Below are positions 1 through 14,810 of a stretch of DNA of 64,000 nt, piece after piece; position 1 is the first letter of the stretch; the number at the start of each line of letters is the position of its first letter. A program made the translations under genes and the position numbers. Source of the stretch: the human T2T-CHM13v2.0 reference genome, Homo sapiens; NCBI RefSeq assembly GCF_009914755.1, contig NC_060935.1. One strand, given 5' to 3'. The notes beneath the pieces were generated by a model that did no database searches, had not been told where the DNA came from, and worked only from the letters and a program-made list of their open reading frames with translations.

Positions 1-290
1 TAACATCTGTGTCTTTTCTGAGTTGGTTTTAATTAACTGGATTTTTTTCATTATGAGACATATTTTTATGCTTCTTTGAATGTCTGTCAGTTTTTGATTG
101 GATGCCAGACATGAAGTAACTTGTTGGGTGCTGGCTAGATATTTATCTATGAATTCATATAAATATTCTTGAGCTTTTTTCCAGGACAAAATTCAGATAC
201 TTGAAAATACTTTGATTCTTTTCAGTCTTGGTTTTAAGATTTATTAGGCAGCACTAGAGCAGCCTTTAGTTTAGGAAAAATTTTGCTAAT
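1..290 (-). mobile_element. Ancient L1M fragment (L1MC/ME-type 5' region)
   Basis: Motifs 'ttggatgccagacat...ttgttgggtgctgg...aaatattcttgagcttt...agagcagcctttagttt' resemble old L1M consensus (from memory). Confidence 0.5.
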
Positions 291-567
291 TCTGGTCTTT
301 CATACTCCATCTTGGACAGAAACAAAAGTCTTTTTGACAAGTTTTTAATTTTAGAAAACCTATTAAAAGCCTAAAAGAAAATTGCACCACTTAAGGTGCC
401 AGCATCAGGAGTCAACCCTGTTTAGGTTAGTATTTCACTCCTCTTAGTTTTTCTGGATAATGTTACTGTCCTCTAATATTTTCTTTATCTAATAAATAGA
501 TATATTCATAAATAGTGATCTACATTCTTACTCTTTTACAAAATTTTACTTCTTTCTTTTAGTTCAC

Positions 568-670
568 ATATGTTATATATATATACAACATATAAGATAT
601 ATATAACATAAGATATATATATATAACATATATATATAACATAAGATACATATATATTCATATATCTATA
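568..670. repeat. (TA)n-rich degenerate simple repeat
   Basis: tatatatatacaacatataagatatatataacataagatatatat... seen directly. Confidence 0.9.
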
Positions 671-762
671 ATTTTGCAATTTCTCTGATCTGCAATGTTT
701 GATAAGGGGTGGACTTAAGCAGTATTTTAAGTGATAAGATTTTAAGTGGACCTATGTCTATA

Positions 763-1353
763 TGTTCCAGTTTCTATTGCCTATAACAAATTAAATCTAA
801 ATGACTTTTTAAAAAATACTTTATTATGTTCATGGATCACACAAGCTGGGAATTCATATGGAGTACAGTAGTGTTGGTTTAGCTCTGTTTCATGATGTCT
901 GGCACTTCTGCTGGGACGTCTCACTGGCTGGGGGCTAGAATCATCTGGAGATATCTTCACTTACATATCCAGTAGTTTATGCTAGCTGTAATCTGCAACC
1001 TTATGTGGGGCAGTCAACCTCAGCATGTACATACGGTCTCTCCCTAAGACCTGGACTTTCTCACAGTGGTTTCACGGCAGTTGGACTTCTTATATCATGA
1101 CCAGGGCTCCAAATGCAAGTGTTCCAGTGTACAAAATTGAAACTGTATCACTTTTTATCACCCAGCCTTGGAAGATGTATGTCATTATTTCTCCTTTACC
1201 CTATTTGCTAAAGCAGTTGCAAGCCCACGTGGATCCAAGGGAAGGGATGAAGGCACCACCTCTTGATAGAATACTAGCAAGATTACATTGTGGAAGTGCT
1301 TGTGAGATGCGAGATATTGTTGCAGTTGTCTTTGAGAAATATAATCTGCTACA
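763..1353 (-). mobile_element. MLT1 (MLT1G/H-like) MaLR LTR
   Basis: Starts tgttccagtttctattgc..taacaaa and ends ..aaatataatctgctaca; typical MLT1 internal motifs. Confidence 0.7.
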
Positions 1354-2925
<1,572 letters not shown>

Positions 2926-2929
2926 CATC

Positions 2930-3078
2930 TCTACTGGTCAAAGTAATCAAAACTCTGCCCAGATTCACAGGGAAGAGAGTGGCAAATCTTGCTGGGGGTG
3001 TGGTAAGGTTACACCATAGAAGGGCAAGTAGGACAGGAGATATTGCTGCAGCCAGGGTTGGCAAATACAATCTGGCAC
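2930..3078 (-). mobile_element. Second (partial) MLT1 LTR of the same provirus
   Basis: gagatattgctgcag..caaatacaatctggcac (3038-3078) aligns with gagatattgttgcag..aaatataatctgctaca (1311-1353). Confidence 0.55.
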
Positions 3079-3679
3079 CTTACATATAAAAAATTCAGTG
3101 CTTATGGGCAAGTGAGATTTATCACAAGATGCAAAAAGCCCACAAGAAGACACTATTGTGGGATAAGACTAGAGAAAGCTACTCCAGGTTGGGAGCAAAG
3201 ATGCATGATTGGGCTTGTCCCTTTTGTATCTTCTAAGAATATTCTTGCTGCTTGTTATAAGATAGAGTTGTTATGGTGAGGGCAGAGGAGGAATACTGAA
3301 AGGAAATGGCCAAGAGTAGAAGGCATCCTGAGGTCCCAGAGTTACTAAGATAACATAAGCTAAAATGGCCTTTGCTTTTCTCTTTATTATGCTATACCTT
3401 AAGGAGTTCACACCTATTAAATAAGTGGTCTTGCAGTAATAAAGCAGTTCAGTGGGACTTTTTAAAAAATCATCCCACGTTTGGCCACCTATTCCATTTT
3501 CATATTCCAATGCTTTCTTTATTCATATTTAATGAGGATCAACATTGTGCCTCTTACTGCAGCTATTAAAAATATGGGCTTGACTTAAATTAGCTCAAAG
3601 TGATGGGCAGAGATAAACGTATTAACACATATTTTATATATATCTGGATAATTTCTAGGAAAATATTTTTAAAAAACAG

Positions 3680-4510
3680 CTAAGGGAAGAACAGAAAAGT
3701 GAAGAAAGCTTTAATGGTAGGGTGAGTGGCTGGAGTATTGCTGGCAGAGTTAATTCATGAAAAGTAAAAATTAATTTCCAGGTAGAGAAGTAGTAGACCA
3801 TGTAAATAGTATTTCTGGAAGAAGGAATAACAATTGCAGAAGCATAAAGTCATGAAAGGACATAGCTTGTTTTAGAAAGAATGAGAAATTTAGCATGGCT
3901 GAGCCCTAGGGGTCCTAACAGAAAGTAAGAGGTGAGGCTGGACCGGAGAAGGTTGGAGCTAGATCGCTAATCCTTCTACATTAAGTTGAGTAATTTAGTG
4001 TTTATTTTATAGGCACTGAGAGACCAGTAAATGTCCTTAAATAGAAAGTGATGAGGAAGATGACACTGGTGGTAGTGTGACAGAAAGAAAAAAAAATGGT
4101 GGCAGAAAGAACACTTAGAGAGTTGTTGCAATAGTTCAGTAGAGAGAATAGCAAGCCCTATGCTGAGACAGTGGCAGTGGGGACTCTGGGAAAAGGTCAG
4201 GTGCAGAAGATTATGCTGCAGCTTATTCTGTAGCATGTGGAGACCGATTGGGTGGATGGTGTAGCATCATCAAGGCTTCTAGCTTGGGAACTCAGTAGAC
4301 GGTGTTACCATTAATTGAAACAGAAAATATATATAGAGAAACAGATTTGCAGGAGTATGGAGTAGAAACACAGAGTTCAGTTTTACACCTGTTAGGTTTC
4401 TGGTGCTTCTGGGATATTAAAAAAAGAGATGTCCAGAACACCATTGGAAATATGGGTCTGGAGATTGGGAGAGAGGTTGAAACTGAAGGTGAAGTTGAAG
4501 TCATGGATGT
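3680..4510 (-). mobile_element. L2 fragment
   Basis: Purine-rich L2 motifs (gagttcagttttacacctgttaggttt, gagatgtccag..attggaaatatgggtctggag). Confidence 0.7.
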
Positions 4511-6386
4511 TCTTATCTTTTATATGATGCAAGTTTGGGGACTTGGGATTTGTCATTGTGCTAAAATAGAGCAGCCCAACTATTGACAAGGCTTTGCTCA
4601 GTTTAAAATGCAGAAGGCTTTCATCATTTCAAAAGATCTAACATCTCTTCCTAGAGAACACTCAGAGAGGCCTTGGGGTCTGGCTCAGAAGAGGGGTCAG
4701 ATGATGATTAGTGAATTGAATCAGGGTTAATGTCCAGTCCCTGGAGATCTGTCCCTGCCCCAGTAGCTGATATATTATTTATTAAAAGTACTCCACTCAC
4801 TTCCCAAGAAAAGAGAGGGCATATAATAGAAGATATATACACATTAAGGAAGAGTGAGAAAATCCAGTTGTAAAAGGAGAAGATAATTATCAAGGACCTT
4901 CAACTAAGGATAAGACATATCACTGAACACAAAATATCACTATGAGTTCACTGATAGCCAGGGAAAGGAGGCACAAAGCAAAGAATACCCATTTACCAGG
5001 AAGGACAATCTGTTTCCCTGGCATTTAATTCAAGGAGAAACTCAAAACATAATATGAAGCCCATCTTCAAAAACAATCTTAGAAAATACCAAATATTATT
5101 CTTAATATTGTTTCCTTATTTAGACTAAGTCCATGATGTTAAATCCTATTTCTGTGTGGACATTTCTATGGATAGCCAATGCGATATTATTTACCCTTAG
5201 TCAGTTCTCTCCTCTGCTTCCCCCACGGAAAGGCCAATCAGAGATGAGGAACTTTAGCTCCAGAGACAGTGTTCCTTAAAGACCAAGAGAAGGGAGAAAA
5301 AGCATTCTTAGATTGTGTTGAAGTGAAAGCTGAGAAAAAACTATTTATGAGGCAACAGCCTCTCCCCAGCTCAGGAAGCAAGGTTCATGGCCCCAAGGAT
5401 TATCTGTGGCTTGAGGCTTCTTGCATTTCTGTAGGAAAAAGGGGAAAATTGTGAGAGGATTAATTGCTTGATATAGAGCCAAGGAAAGGGCATTCCCAGC
5501 AAGACTTTGTCGTCCGAAGTCCCTGTGGGTCAGAGATTCTGACTAGCATGGGAAGCCAGAGCTCAGCAACACAGGTGTGTGCCGGCCACTCCTGGATTTT
5601 CATCCAGTTTCTAGGTCCTTACCAGAGGTAGTGGAGGCCTGGCTATGGAGAACAAGGAGAAATAGGCTTTATCTCCTGAACCAACTCTGATTGGTGGTTG
5701 CTGCCTCAAACACTGTGCTGAGAGGGTTTCTGAGGCCCCACCTAGGCCCAATAGAAAAGGGTATCATTACAGAATAACAATGTCTGCCATAGACATGGAA
5801 TCAAAGTAATTAACATACTGTAATTTATTCCTATAATTAATATTAATATAATTAATCAGCACTCACATATTAATGAACACAAATACCATTATTCAATATA
5901 ATTAATATTATTTGCCATCTCTGATGTTGAGGTGTTAATAACAATTGCATGTGGACTTTCTAGCTAGTACTGAATCGAGCACCCAGGACAGTTAATATTG
6001 CCAGAAAGGAGCAGCAGAAAAGTGAGAGCTGTGACTAACCCTGGAATCCCTCCCCTCCACCTTCACTTTTGAGCCAGAGGGAAGAGATTGGGTGGCCTGA
6101 GGCTGTGCTATTAATTTGCCTGCTGGCTGTAACCCTACTATGTGACCCTAAAGGGCTTATCTGTTACTCCAATATATATGTTTCTGGGTAAGACTTAAGA
6201 TACAGGTTAAATCTTAGAGAACACTGGCAGGGTTTTACAAACACCAGCATTCTCAGTGGCCTCAGCAAGGCAAACAAATGAAACCTAACCAGGATGTGGC
6301 AATGACACCTGATGAGGTGTAGGCAACCTGAAAAGTGAGAATCTGGCCTAAAAGCCATCCAAAGCTACATTTTTGAAAAACAGGCT

Positions 6387-6449
6387 GCGTGTGTGTATGT
6401 CTCTCTCTCTCTCTGTGTGTGTCTGTGCGTGTGTGTGTGTGTGTGTGTG
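6387..6449. repeat. Compound (TG)n/(TC)n microsatellite
   Basis: Seen directly. Confidence 0.9.
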
Positions 6450-8459
6450 ATGGGGATGGAGACGCTGCACACACATCTGTAGCTGAAGTCAGCCAATTGG
6501 CAACCAAGTTGCTACATCTGATTGGAGGAATGAGTGGCTAGAGAATGTGTTGGCTCCATGTTTTGCTAACAAGATTGAGGTTCCTGGTGAGTGCAGCAAG
6601 CTCACATACTTGCTGGGGTCGATGAAGAGGAGCTCCATACGTTTTGGCTTCCAAAGAAAGAGGAAGCAATGATGACGGCAGCCATAGGCATGAAGTGGGA
6701 TGCACTGTCATCTCCCTGGTGGAGGTTAGCCGTGCAAGGTGGCAAAAGGCTCCAGAATGTTCAAAACCAGAGCTAAGATTTTTTCAAAGAAACTATTTTG
6801 TATTTGTTCATAAGTTTAACCAGATTTCTGGTGAAAATCTTAAGTGTTCTAGCCATCTAGTGCAAGGGTGAGATGACATTGACTTGAAAGATTTAGAGTT
6901 CCTGCTTTTACTTTAATATTCCTGCTGAATATACCTAATTTTGGCCAGGACCTGGTCTTCTAGGGCCCACAAGGATGAGCTGGCTATAAAAGGACTCTGC
7001 AGATAATGAAACTAATTGTCCTGCTGAATGGAGATATTCAAATCTTATCCATCTGGATGCCGAATAGCCTCTGCCGAGTATGACTATTTGAATTTAGCAC
7101 AATTGATATTGAGCTGTTCTTTCTGAGAGTAATTGGCCACCTGGTTCATGGCCATCCTGCTAATGTCAGTAATACTGTGTCATCAGTGTATTAAAAGCTA
7201 CTTGTCTTCCAGTCTGGCAGCCAGCATTCATAGTATCTAAGAGCTGAATTATACTTAGTAGGTGTTGATTGCAAAACAAGAAAGCCGGGACCAAGCCCTC
7301 CTTTGGGTCATCTAAGGTTAAATTTGCTCAGTTACAGCCTCCTTCCTACCTAGTCACTTAACTTAGCACTGTGGCCTTTGGAGAAATGACACCTGTCTCA
7401 TTTTTTTATGTGAACCAGGAAAGCAGAGTGTCGGCTGTGAGGGAAAATACCCATTAAATGTATAGAATCCGCCAGATGGAATCATGAAGCCAAATGTGTT
7501 TCTGAACTTGGCATTATTTTAAAGGGTGAAGTTCAGAATGGTATCAGATAAAAGTTTATTTAATTCTCAATTAGGAATTGTTTTTATGCAGTGTCGGTGG
7601 CATTAGGACTTCTATGAGCTGTGCTATTGATTGAAATGATGCCCTCATTGGGTGTTGATTGAGTGATCTTTTGATTCCCTCCCTATTAACATGCTAATCA
7701 TTAGGGGTACAGCTCCTCTCAAAGGCACCTGTTATTCCAAGGATGGATGTCTCTGACCTTGTACATTTCTCCCAAGATGCTGGGGGTGAAGGGGTTCTTC
7801 AAAGTCCTCATTAGCATAATGTAGCTCAACTCCCAAGGGTGATAAATTAAAAGAACAGGAACACAATTAGGAAGATTTTTTAAAGGTTACAAATGGTGGA
7901 TGCATTCTGAGAATGTCTGGATCTACATGTCAAGGGCATCTAAGTTAGTCCTGAGAACAGCTGGAGCCCAAAGGCCAGCTCCTCTCTGTGCACCAAATTT
8001 ACATAAGCTTTGAAGATATTTTTAGCTTTCTGCACTCCTCTTAATATGCTCCTGCTTCTCTGTCTCACAAAGAGGGAATGCTGCAAGCTTAGGATTCTGA
8101 TCTTTTGGTCTTCAGAAGTTCTGATGTTGTTTTCTTTTTCAGATCTTCTAGGGATAAGCAAAAGCAGAAACTGATGAAGCAGCCATAAGCCTGTTGTACA
8201 TAAAGCCCCTATACATGGGTGCCAGGGGAGGGTGGGTCAACTCCTTTCTGGGGCTGTCTGCTCACATGTGGTTGCTCATTTTAAAATGAGATTAGCTGAG
8301 AAGATATACATTCAAGACGCTGGCATAGTGCTCTGCATATAGGACCTTAACAAATGTATTGTTTTTTTTTCTCTCTCCTTTTACCCCTCCCATGTTAAAA
8401 TGGTCTCTGAATCAAGGTTATGGTGAAGACCACAGGAATTTTGGGAAGACAAACATCCA

Positions 8460-8600
8460 CTAACATTCATTATTCATTTATTTTATTCAACAAGCAATTA
8501 TTGAGCAGCACAGCATGCCGGGCATTGAGTTAGGTGAAATCCAAAATGATTTAAAAAAAAAAAAAAAAAAGACCTAGTCACTGTCAATAGTCTAGAAGTC
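8460..8600 (-). mobile_element. L2 3' tail fragment
   Basis: cattcattattcattt..ttcaacaagcaattattgagc..tgccgggcattgag. Confidence 0.55.
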
Positions 8601-8678
8601 TAAACTCTGTGTGTGGGGGGTGCATCTGTGTCTGCTGGGAGGTACAGGGGCCTTGTGCAGGCTGCTACCTCATTATGG

Positions 8679-9136
8679 TGTGAACCCAGAAAATCTGAGC
8701 CAGGTCTCAGTTAATTTAGAAAGTTTATTTTGCCAAGGTTGAGGATGCACCTGTGACACAGCCTCAGGAAGTCCTGACAACATGTGCCCAAGGTGGTCAG
8801 GGCACAGTTTGGTTTTATACATTTTAGGGGGACATGAGACATCAATCAATATATGTAATAATTACATTGGTTCTGTCTGGAAAGGCAGGACTACTTGAAG
8901 CAAGACTGGAAGACTCAAGCCGGGGAGGGAGCTTCCCAGTCACAGATAGGTGAGACGGTTGCATGCATTCTTTTGAGTTTCTGATGAGCCTTTCCAAAGG
9001 AGGCAATCGGATATCCATCTGTCTCAGTGCCCAGAGAGATAACTTTGACTAGAATGGGAGGCAGGTTTGCCCTAAGCAGTTTCCAGCTTGAGTTTTCCTT
9101 AGTGATTTTGGGGGCCCAAGATATTTTCCTTTCACA
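8679..9136 (-). mobile_element. MER4A1-like ERV1 solo LTR
   Basis: TG...CA termini (minus strand tgtgaaaggaaaat...gggttcaca), 458 bp, 4-bp TSD atgg (8675-8678 / 9137-9140). Confidence 0.9.
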
Positions 9137-9239
9137 ATGGTAACGAGTAAGCTCATGGCACTCATTCATATCTCCTGTCCAAGTAGATCAAAGGAGAGCC
9201 AGAGACTTCTGGGGTGAGAGAGTACTGCTCTGCCATAGG

Positions 9240-9320
9240 AGCCTTGGGTTTGGCCCTGGTCCTGTCTCTGAGTAGTTGTGTGATCTTGGGCAAGTCACTG
9301 TGCCCCATGGGCCTTCAGGC
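9240..9320 (+). mobile_element. MIR fragment
   Basis: tagttgtgtgatcttgggcaagtcact core motif. Confidence 0.55.
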
Positions 9321-10301
9321 CAGCAGCAGAATGCAGCAGGTTGGCAGCCTGAAGCAAGTAGGGGAGGCCATCTCCTGCATCAACATGTTCACATTGTTCA
9401 TTTTGTGGTTGCAATCAAATGGGATGATAGGAAGAATTCTGCTCCAGGCTCTGAGTTACAAACATTGGATGAGATGATCTCGCTTCTTACAGCTCCAGCA
9501 TTCAAGAATTGAAGGACACAAACCACCCGCCACTCGGCCCTATGTTCTTCCCAGTAGAGTTAATCTTCCATGGCAATAATTACATGAGTAAAATAACATG
9601 ACAACATTAACCTTTGAAAAAAGACAGATTTTATTTCTATGTCAGTGAGTCATAGACCTTTTGAGAAAGCATTTGGTGAAGCATCAAGTTACAAAGGAAG
9701 AATGAACCACTGCTAGAACCAGCCTGGACCTAATGCCAGAAGCTCCAGGGCAGGCAGTAACCTGGTTTTCTCATTAGAGTTGGGTCATGGACACTCATCT
9801 CTGCTGATCTCTCCTCCAAAGTCCATTTGTTCATTGGATGTACTGTGTACAAACACTGCACTGGACATATGTCCTTTGATAAGGAAGAATTTGGGGGTAC
9901 TGGCTGCCAGGAGAGGTTCCATTTCCTAACTACATCAAACTGTCTTCAAGGCTGTCCCCAGGTCCTCTCCTCTCCTGTCCTGAATTTGGGGAGTTAAGAC
10001 TTCCAGGGTCCTTTGGACAGGACTCTGACCCAGGAGACAGGCCTCATGGCAGATACTGCTGTCCTGACTTCTAACAATAGAGTGAACAGCAGGGTCGGGT
10101 CCTGGAGATGGAGACTTGCTCAGGGTGACATGGCCCCCAAAGCCCTATTCAGACCTTTCTGGCTCAGGAAACAGTCCAGACATGACAACCCTTGAGGGGG
10201 CCCAGCAGAGATATCCAGTGGGGGCTAAATCTATTTGTAGTCAGTTTTCCCAACTGCGCATTTTCATGAAGCCTGCCAGCAAGGAGTGCCTTTTAAAAAT
10301 C

Positions 10302-10373
10302 ACCTGCATATTGTGCACATGTACCCTAAAACTTAAAGTATAATAATAATAATTTAAAAAAACACCAAGAAAA
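10302..10373 (+). mobile_element. Severely 5'-truncated L1PA (3' tip only)
   Basis: acctgcatattgtgcacatgtaccctaaaacttaaagtataataa + A-rich tail; TSD aaaaatc; preceded by tttt. Confidence 0.85.
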
Positions 10374-10659
10374 AAAAATCTGTGTAAGGAAGCCTTAGTA
10401 GGTATCTCCTCTCTCACCCCAGAGTAAGGACCGAAATCAATTCTCAGGAGGGGCCATGACATCTTCCACTTCACATCCCACATTCTATACCTTTCTCCAG
10501 GCCCAAATTGACAAGAGATAGGAAGGAAGTGAAGGGGCCACTGAAGCAAGGTGGATGATCAGGTGGCAGATACCAATGCTCACCTCCTGGGCTCCTGCAG
10601 TGCTGCCATGGTCCCTGATCCAAGAGAGGGCAACACTCCACAGACAAGATATATAGGGG

Positions 10660-10736
10660 CACACACACAGATACATGCACACACCAACAGACATGCAGAC
10701 ATACATCAACACACTCAAGACACACCCAAACACACA
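10660..10736. repeat. Degenerate (CA)n low-complexity tract
   Basis: Seen directly; a similar tract lies at 11148-11211. Confidence 0.7.
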
Positions 10737-12024
10737 GTCTTTGTAGTGGACACTAGGATGCACTACCCACATATGCCATTAGTAATGAGGGACTTACTTT
10801 CCCTGCTGCTGGTAGTGCCAGAAGTCAGTCCTCAGCTGAGGGAAAGGAGACTGCCTTGCCCAGGTCACATCTCTTCCAGGGAAGCTGGCATTCAGTGGCT
10901 GGTTATGGAGGTAATGAGGGCCTGGTCTCCTTGCCCAGCTCGGGACATCAAGGTCATCCTAGCTCCAGAGTTCCCATGGAGTTGGCTGAGGCCTTCCTTG
11001 GGACTACATGTTAGCTCAAGTTCTCCCTCTGTACATTCTACTTTTGTCCTTTCTCTTCCACAGGCATTGGCCCCAAAGGCACCCCCTAAAAAGGTGCTAA
11101 ACTCAGTCTCAAGGTCGCTTCTCAAAGGATCAAGAGTGCAATGCAGATACACACCCATAAACAAAGACACACACAGACATACTCACACACATACACAGAT
11201 ACACACACACATTCCTCAAGGAAACCAAAGAGTGAGAGGTAAGAAGAGAGTTTGCCCTGTGATTACAGCTGCGTGACACAATCACTTTTATGATATGAAT
11301 TTATCAGGCTTTTTCTTTCAAATGTTCACTTTTTTAAATCCAAAGTGAACATTTCATTATTATAATGAGAGAGAGAAAAAATAAAGGTATTTGGAAAACT
11401 ATTAATAAAACCAGCTCTTCACAAATAACTCTCTATGCACAGGCCCTAATCCTCTAAGAACTTGTGGTTTTGCTTCAGACCTTCTACTGTCTTTGGGAAA
11501 ATCTCTAGTGTCCCAGTTTATCACCACCAAAGATATGCTGCATTCTTTCCTGACCCCCCACAAATTAGACCTTGAGTTTCAAAGATCTGGTCTACTAGCT
11601 GCACTTGTTTTAAAATTGTTATTCATCAAAAACACGAGGAACAGCTGATCAAAGTTCAGAAGCGCTCCATAGAAGTAACATTCCGACCTCAAGTGGATTT
11701 TATTCCAGCCCCAAACAGATAGGGTTTCTGAAAATAAGAAGGGCTTAGGAAACCTTATTCCTGCCGTTGAGGACCTCTGGAAATCATAGATTCTATATTT
11801 TCATACCCCTGCTTCTGGGCAAGGCTTCACCCATCACACAGATGTGGATGGTCTCCTCAAGGGACCAGCAAAGTTTTGCTCTTCCTTGATGGGAAATCCT
11901 TCCTGTGTGCAGCTGGAATTTCCACCATGAAACTTCAGTCTGTTTTATTGTTTTTGTGTTTTTGCTTTGACCTCACTAGGGGTCAGCAGTCTGCTAGCAC
12001 TTCATCATTGTGTCATGGACTAAG

Positions 12025-12200
12025 TGAGAGCACCAGGGCCTTGGAGCTCCACCAACTTGGCTCTGAGTCCTGCCGTGCTACTAACTAAGTAGACTGAATC
12101 CGACTGGGCCTCTGCCTCCTCTTCCTTAAGATGGGATAACAATTATAACAGTCCCAGCTGTTGGAGGGATCAGGGTGATTAAATGAGAAGGCATTCCATA
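12025..12200 (+). mobile_element. MIR
   Basis: agagcaccagggccttggag..ctctgagtcctg..ctgggcctctg..aagatgggataa..gattaaatgag. Confidence 0.55.
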
Positions 12201-12829
12201 AACTTTGTCCCTTAAGCCTTCATTTCTTGGCCTTGAGTTGCAAATTCCTTCATCCTTTTATTTTTCTCCAGTCCTTCTTCATTCTTCTTTACTGGCTTTT
12301 GATTTTGTTTCCCCAGGGCCTGACACTGCAGCAGGCACGTGGTGAGTGCACAATAATTAGGTGTTGAATGACTGAATGGACAGATAGCACCAGGAGGGGT
12401 GCTGTAGAGGAGAGGCCTGTACTGAAAGGGAGGTCACCGCGAAGGTTCAATGGTACAGAGAATTGATGAACACTTTTTCTAGAATAGGAGAAAGACATCT
12501 CCTTTGTTGCTTTCCCCTCACCAACTTGCCTCTGCTTCCATCCCTTGCTCCTTGCTACTCCTTCATTCTCCAAGTTTCTGGCCCTCAATCTGCACGTACT
12601 GTGAGTCCCAGGTCTTTTCCTCTCCCACAGATCTCGCAACTCCATTCCAGTCTTTCTGTTGCTGCCTTCCGGGCTCAGCTCCTCCCTTGCAGACCCTGGG
12701 GAATCTGGGCGCCCAGACTGCCCTCTCCCATCTATCCTCCTTGGTGCAGCAGAGCCTTCCCTCTAAAGAGCAGCGCTGTTCATCCCTCTCCTTCCCAAGC
12801 CCTCTCCTCCCCTCACATGGCACACAGAG

Positions 12830-13260
12830 CCCTTTAAGACTTCCTGGCTTCCACTGCCCACCACCCCACCTGCACCTCGTGTGTCCTGTTCTCCATACAC
12901 ATCGTGAGCTTCCACATCTCTACCCTTTTCATTTGTGTTTCCTGTGCCCCAAAGGCCCTCTCACAACCTCCTTGCCCACCTAGTTACTCCTGCTCTCCTT
13001 GAAGATTCTGACCAGCACGGTCTCACCCAAGCCCAGAGTCTGACTTAGGGGCTCCACTTCTGTGCTTCCCCAACACCCGCTGCCTCCTTCTGTCATGCCA
13101 CTTGGCACTACAGCATTGTGCCTATTGGTTCTCTTATTCAGATTCTCTGCAGGGACAGTGTCTCATTTCTTAGTGTGTCCTAGCACCTAGCACAACCTCT
13201 GGTATTTAGTAGAATCTCAATAAATATGGAGCAAATGAATGACTAAATGAATGAATGATT
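12830..13260 (+). mobile_element. L2 3' end
   Basis: gcagggacagtgtctcattt..cctagcacctagcaca..ctcaataaata..gaatgaatga terminal repeat. Confidence 0.7.
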
Positions 13261-14439
13261 ATATGAATCCTTCTCTGCCATTGCCCTTTTTGAGGCGCCT
13301 TGGTGTGGGACAGATCCTCACCAGTCAGACAGGCCCCACTGTGTGAGGGCAGCTAGTGAGTGTGGGAAAACCACTTTGCTATACTGAATTTCTTTTCAGC
13401 TATGAGAAACCAAGAATACACCAGAGGATCTCACTTCCCTTGACTCTCTTCTTGCTGCAAAGGGTGGCTCCAGGCTTCATATCTACCACTGGTCTCTTTT
13501 CTTGGGCTGGGGTTGTAGGGTGCAGGTGATAAGCCACTGGAATTCCCACATCCTTCTCTGTTTCCCTCCTGCCTACCTCCCCTCTCCTCTCTCTCTCTCT
13601 CTCTGGACCAGTTGCCGAGTACTCAGCGTCCAGCTTGCATAACACGAATTCTGTCATCTGAGTCACTCCAATTTCTGCCTGATGACTGAAGATCATTTCA
13701 AACATTCTCTGAGCTCAATTTGCAGTGCCCAGCAGGGAGTGTATCACTGAGTCACGATGTAACATATCCCTTTCCTGAGCTTTCTGTGGAAGGCCAATTA
13801 AGCTTTTGCTCCAGAAGCCACAGAACTCCTGAGATGCACAGGAAGGACAGGCTCTGCCAGGACCGGCAGATGTCCACACCCAGGGGGGCCCACAAGACCC
13901 AGAAGAACCCTCTGCAGGCCCTGGAGGGGTCAGTAGAACCTCCAGAACTCATCTAGCCCATTGCCCTGACCTTCCTCAGCATCACAGTCATAGTTTTGGT
14001 TGCCTTCACATTCTATTAATTGAATTTTTACTTGTATCTAACCTAGATCTTTCATGCTGCAGTTGCTTTTATCTCCATATTTTCTTGTAAAAGTCACTTA
14101 GGGCAAGGCCTATCCTAGACAAAATTGTGTGCTAGGACTTTAGATGCATGATTCCCCCACTTCCCTTCTTTCTGGATGCTTTACCCTCCCCCTGTCCCTG
14201 TTCTCCATAACAAGTGCCCTTATGTTACCCAGGGACCATTTCTTTTTGGAAGAATTAATCCACTCCCATGTATTACTGATGTCATACCCATCAATCACCC
14301 CCAGGACCTATTTTCTCTGTAGAAGGGAGTACAGGGGTAATGAATTTGTGCACCTTAAAAGCTTATATTCCTAATGGTGAAAATTTAGACACTAGAGTGC
14401 CCAGGATAATTTGGAACAAAGTAGACCAGGAACACCAAG

Positions 14440-14810
14440 TCAAGGTCTTAGAATACTGGGGCTGGGAGAGAAGGTTGATATTATCTAGTCCCATGTCTTC
14501 TTTACACAAATGAGGAAGCTGAGGCTCAAAGAGGTCTTCACCTGGTCACTGGCAGCATCAGCATTAAAACCTAGTCTTCTGTTTCCTACTCTAGCGGTCT
14601 TTCCATTGTAAACATAGTTAACCTTTCTTGAGCACATACTATATGCAAAGTATGGTTTTAATCTTTTTACAAGTATGTATTCATTTTTTTAAATCTTCAC
14701 AACCCTGTGAGGTAGGTGTTATTATCCCCATTTTACAGAAGATGTAACTGAGGCCCAGACAGATTATGTCAGTCTCTCAAGGACACAAACTGGGAGGTGG
14801 CAGAGCCTCT
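14440..14810 (-). mobile_element. Two adjacent MIR elements
   Basis: aaatgaggaagctgaggctcaaagagg and cacaaccctgtgaggtagg..tatccccattttacaga cores. Confidence 0.7.

Noticed and set aside
8553-8570. A18 run as a retro-insertion
   Set aside because: No TSD or element body; probably slippage within an L2 remnant.
10551-11276. 241-aa ORF, the longest non-L1 ORF
   Set aside because: GTG start, runs through two CA-rich low-complexity tracts and MIR-like sequence, and resembles no protein family I know.
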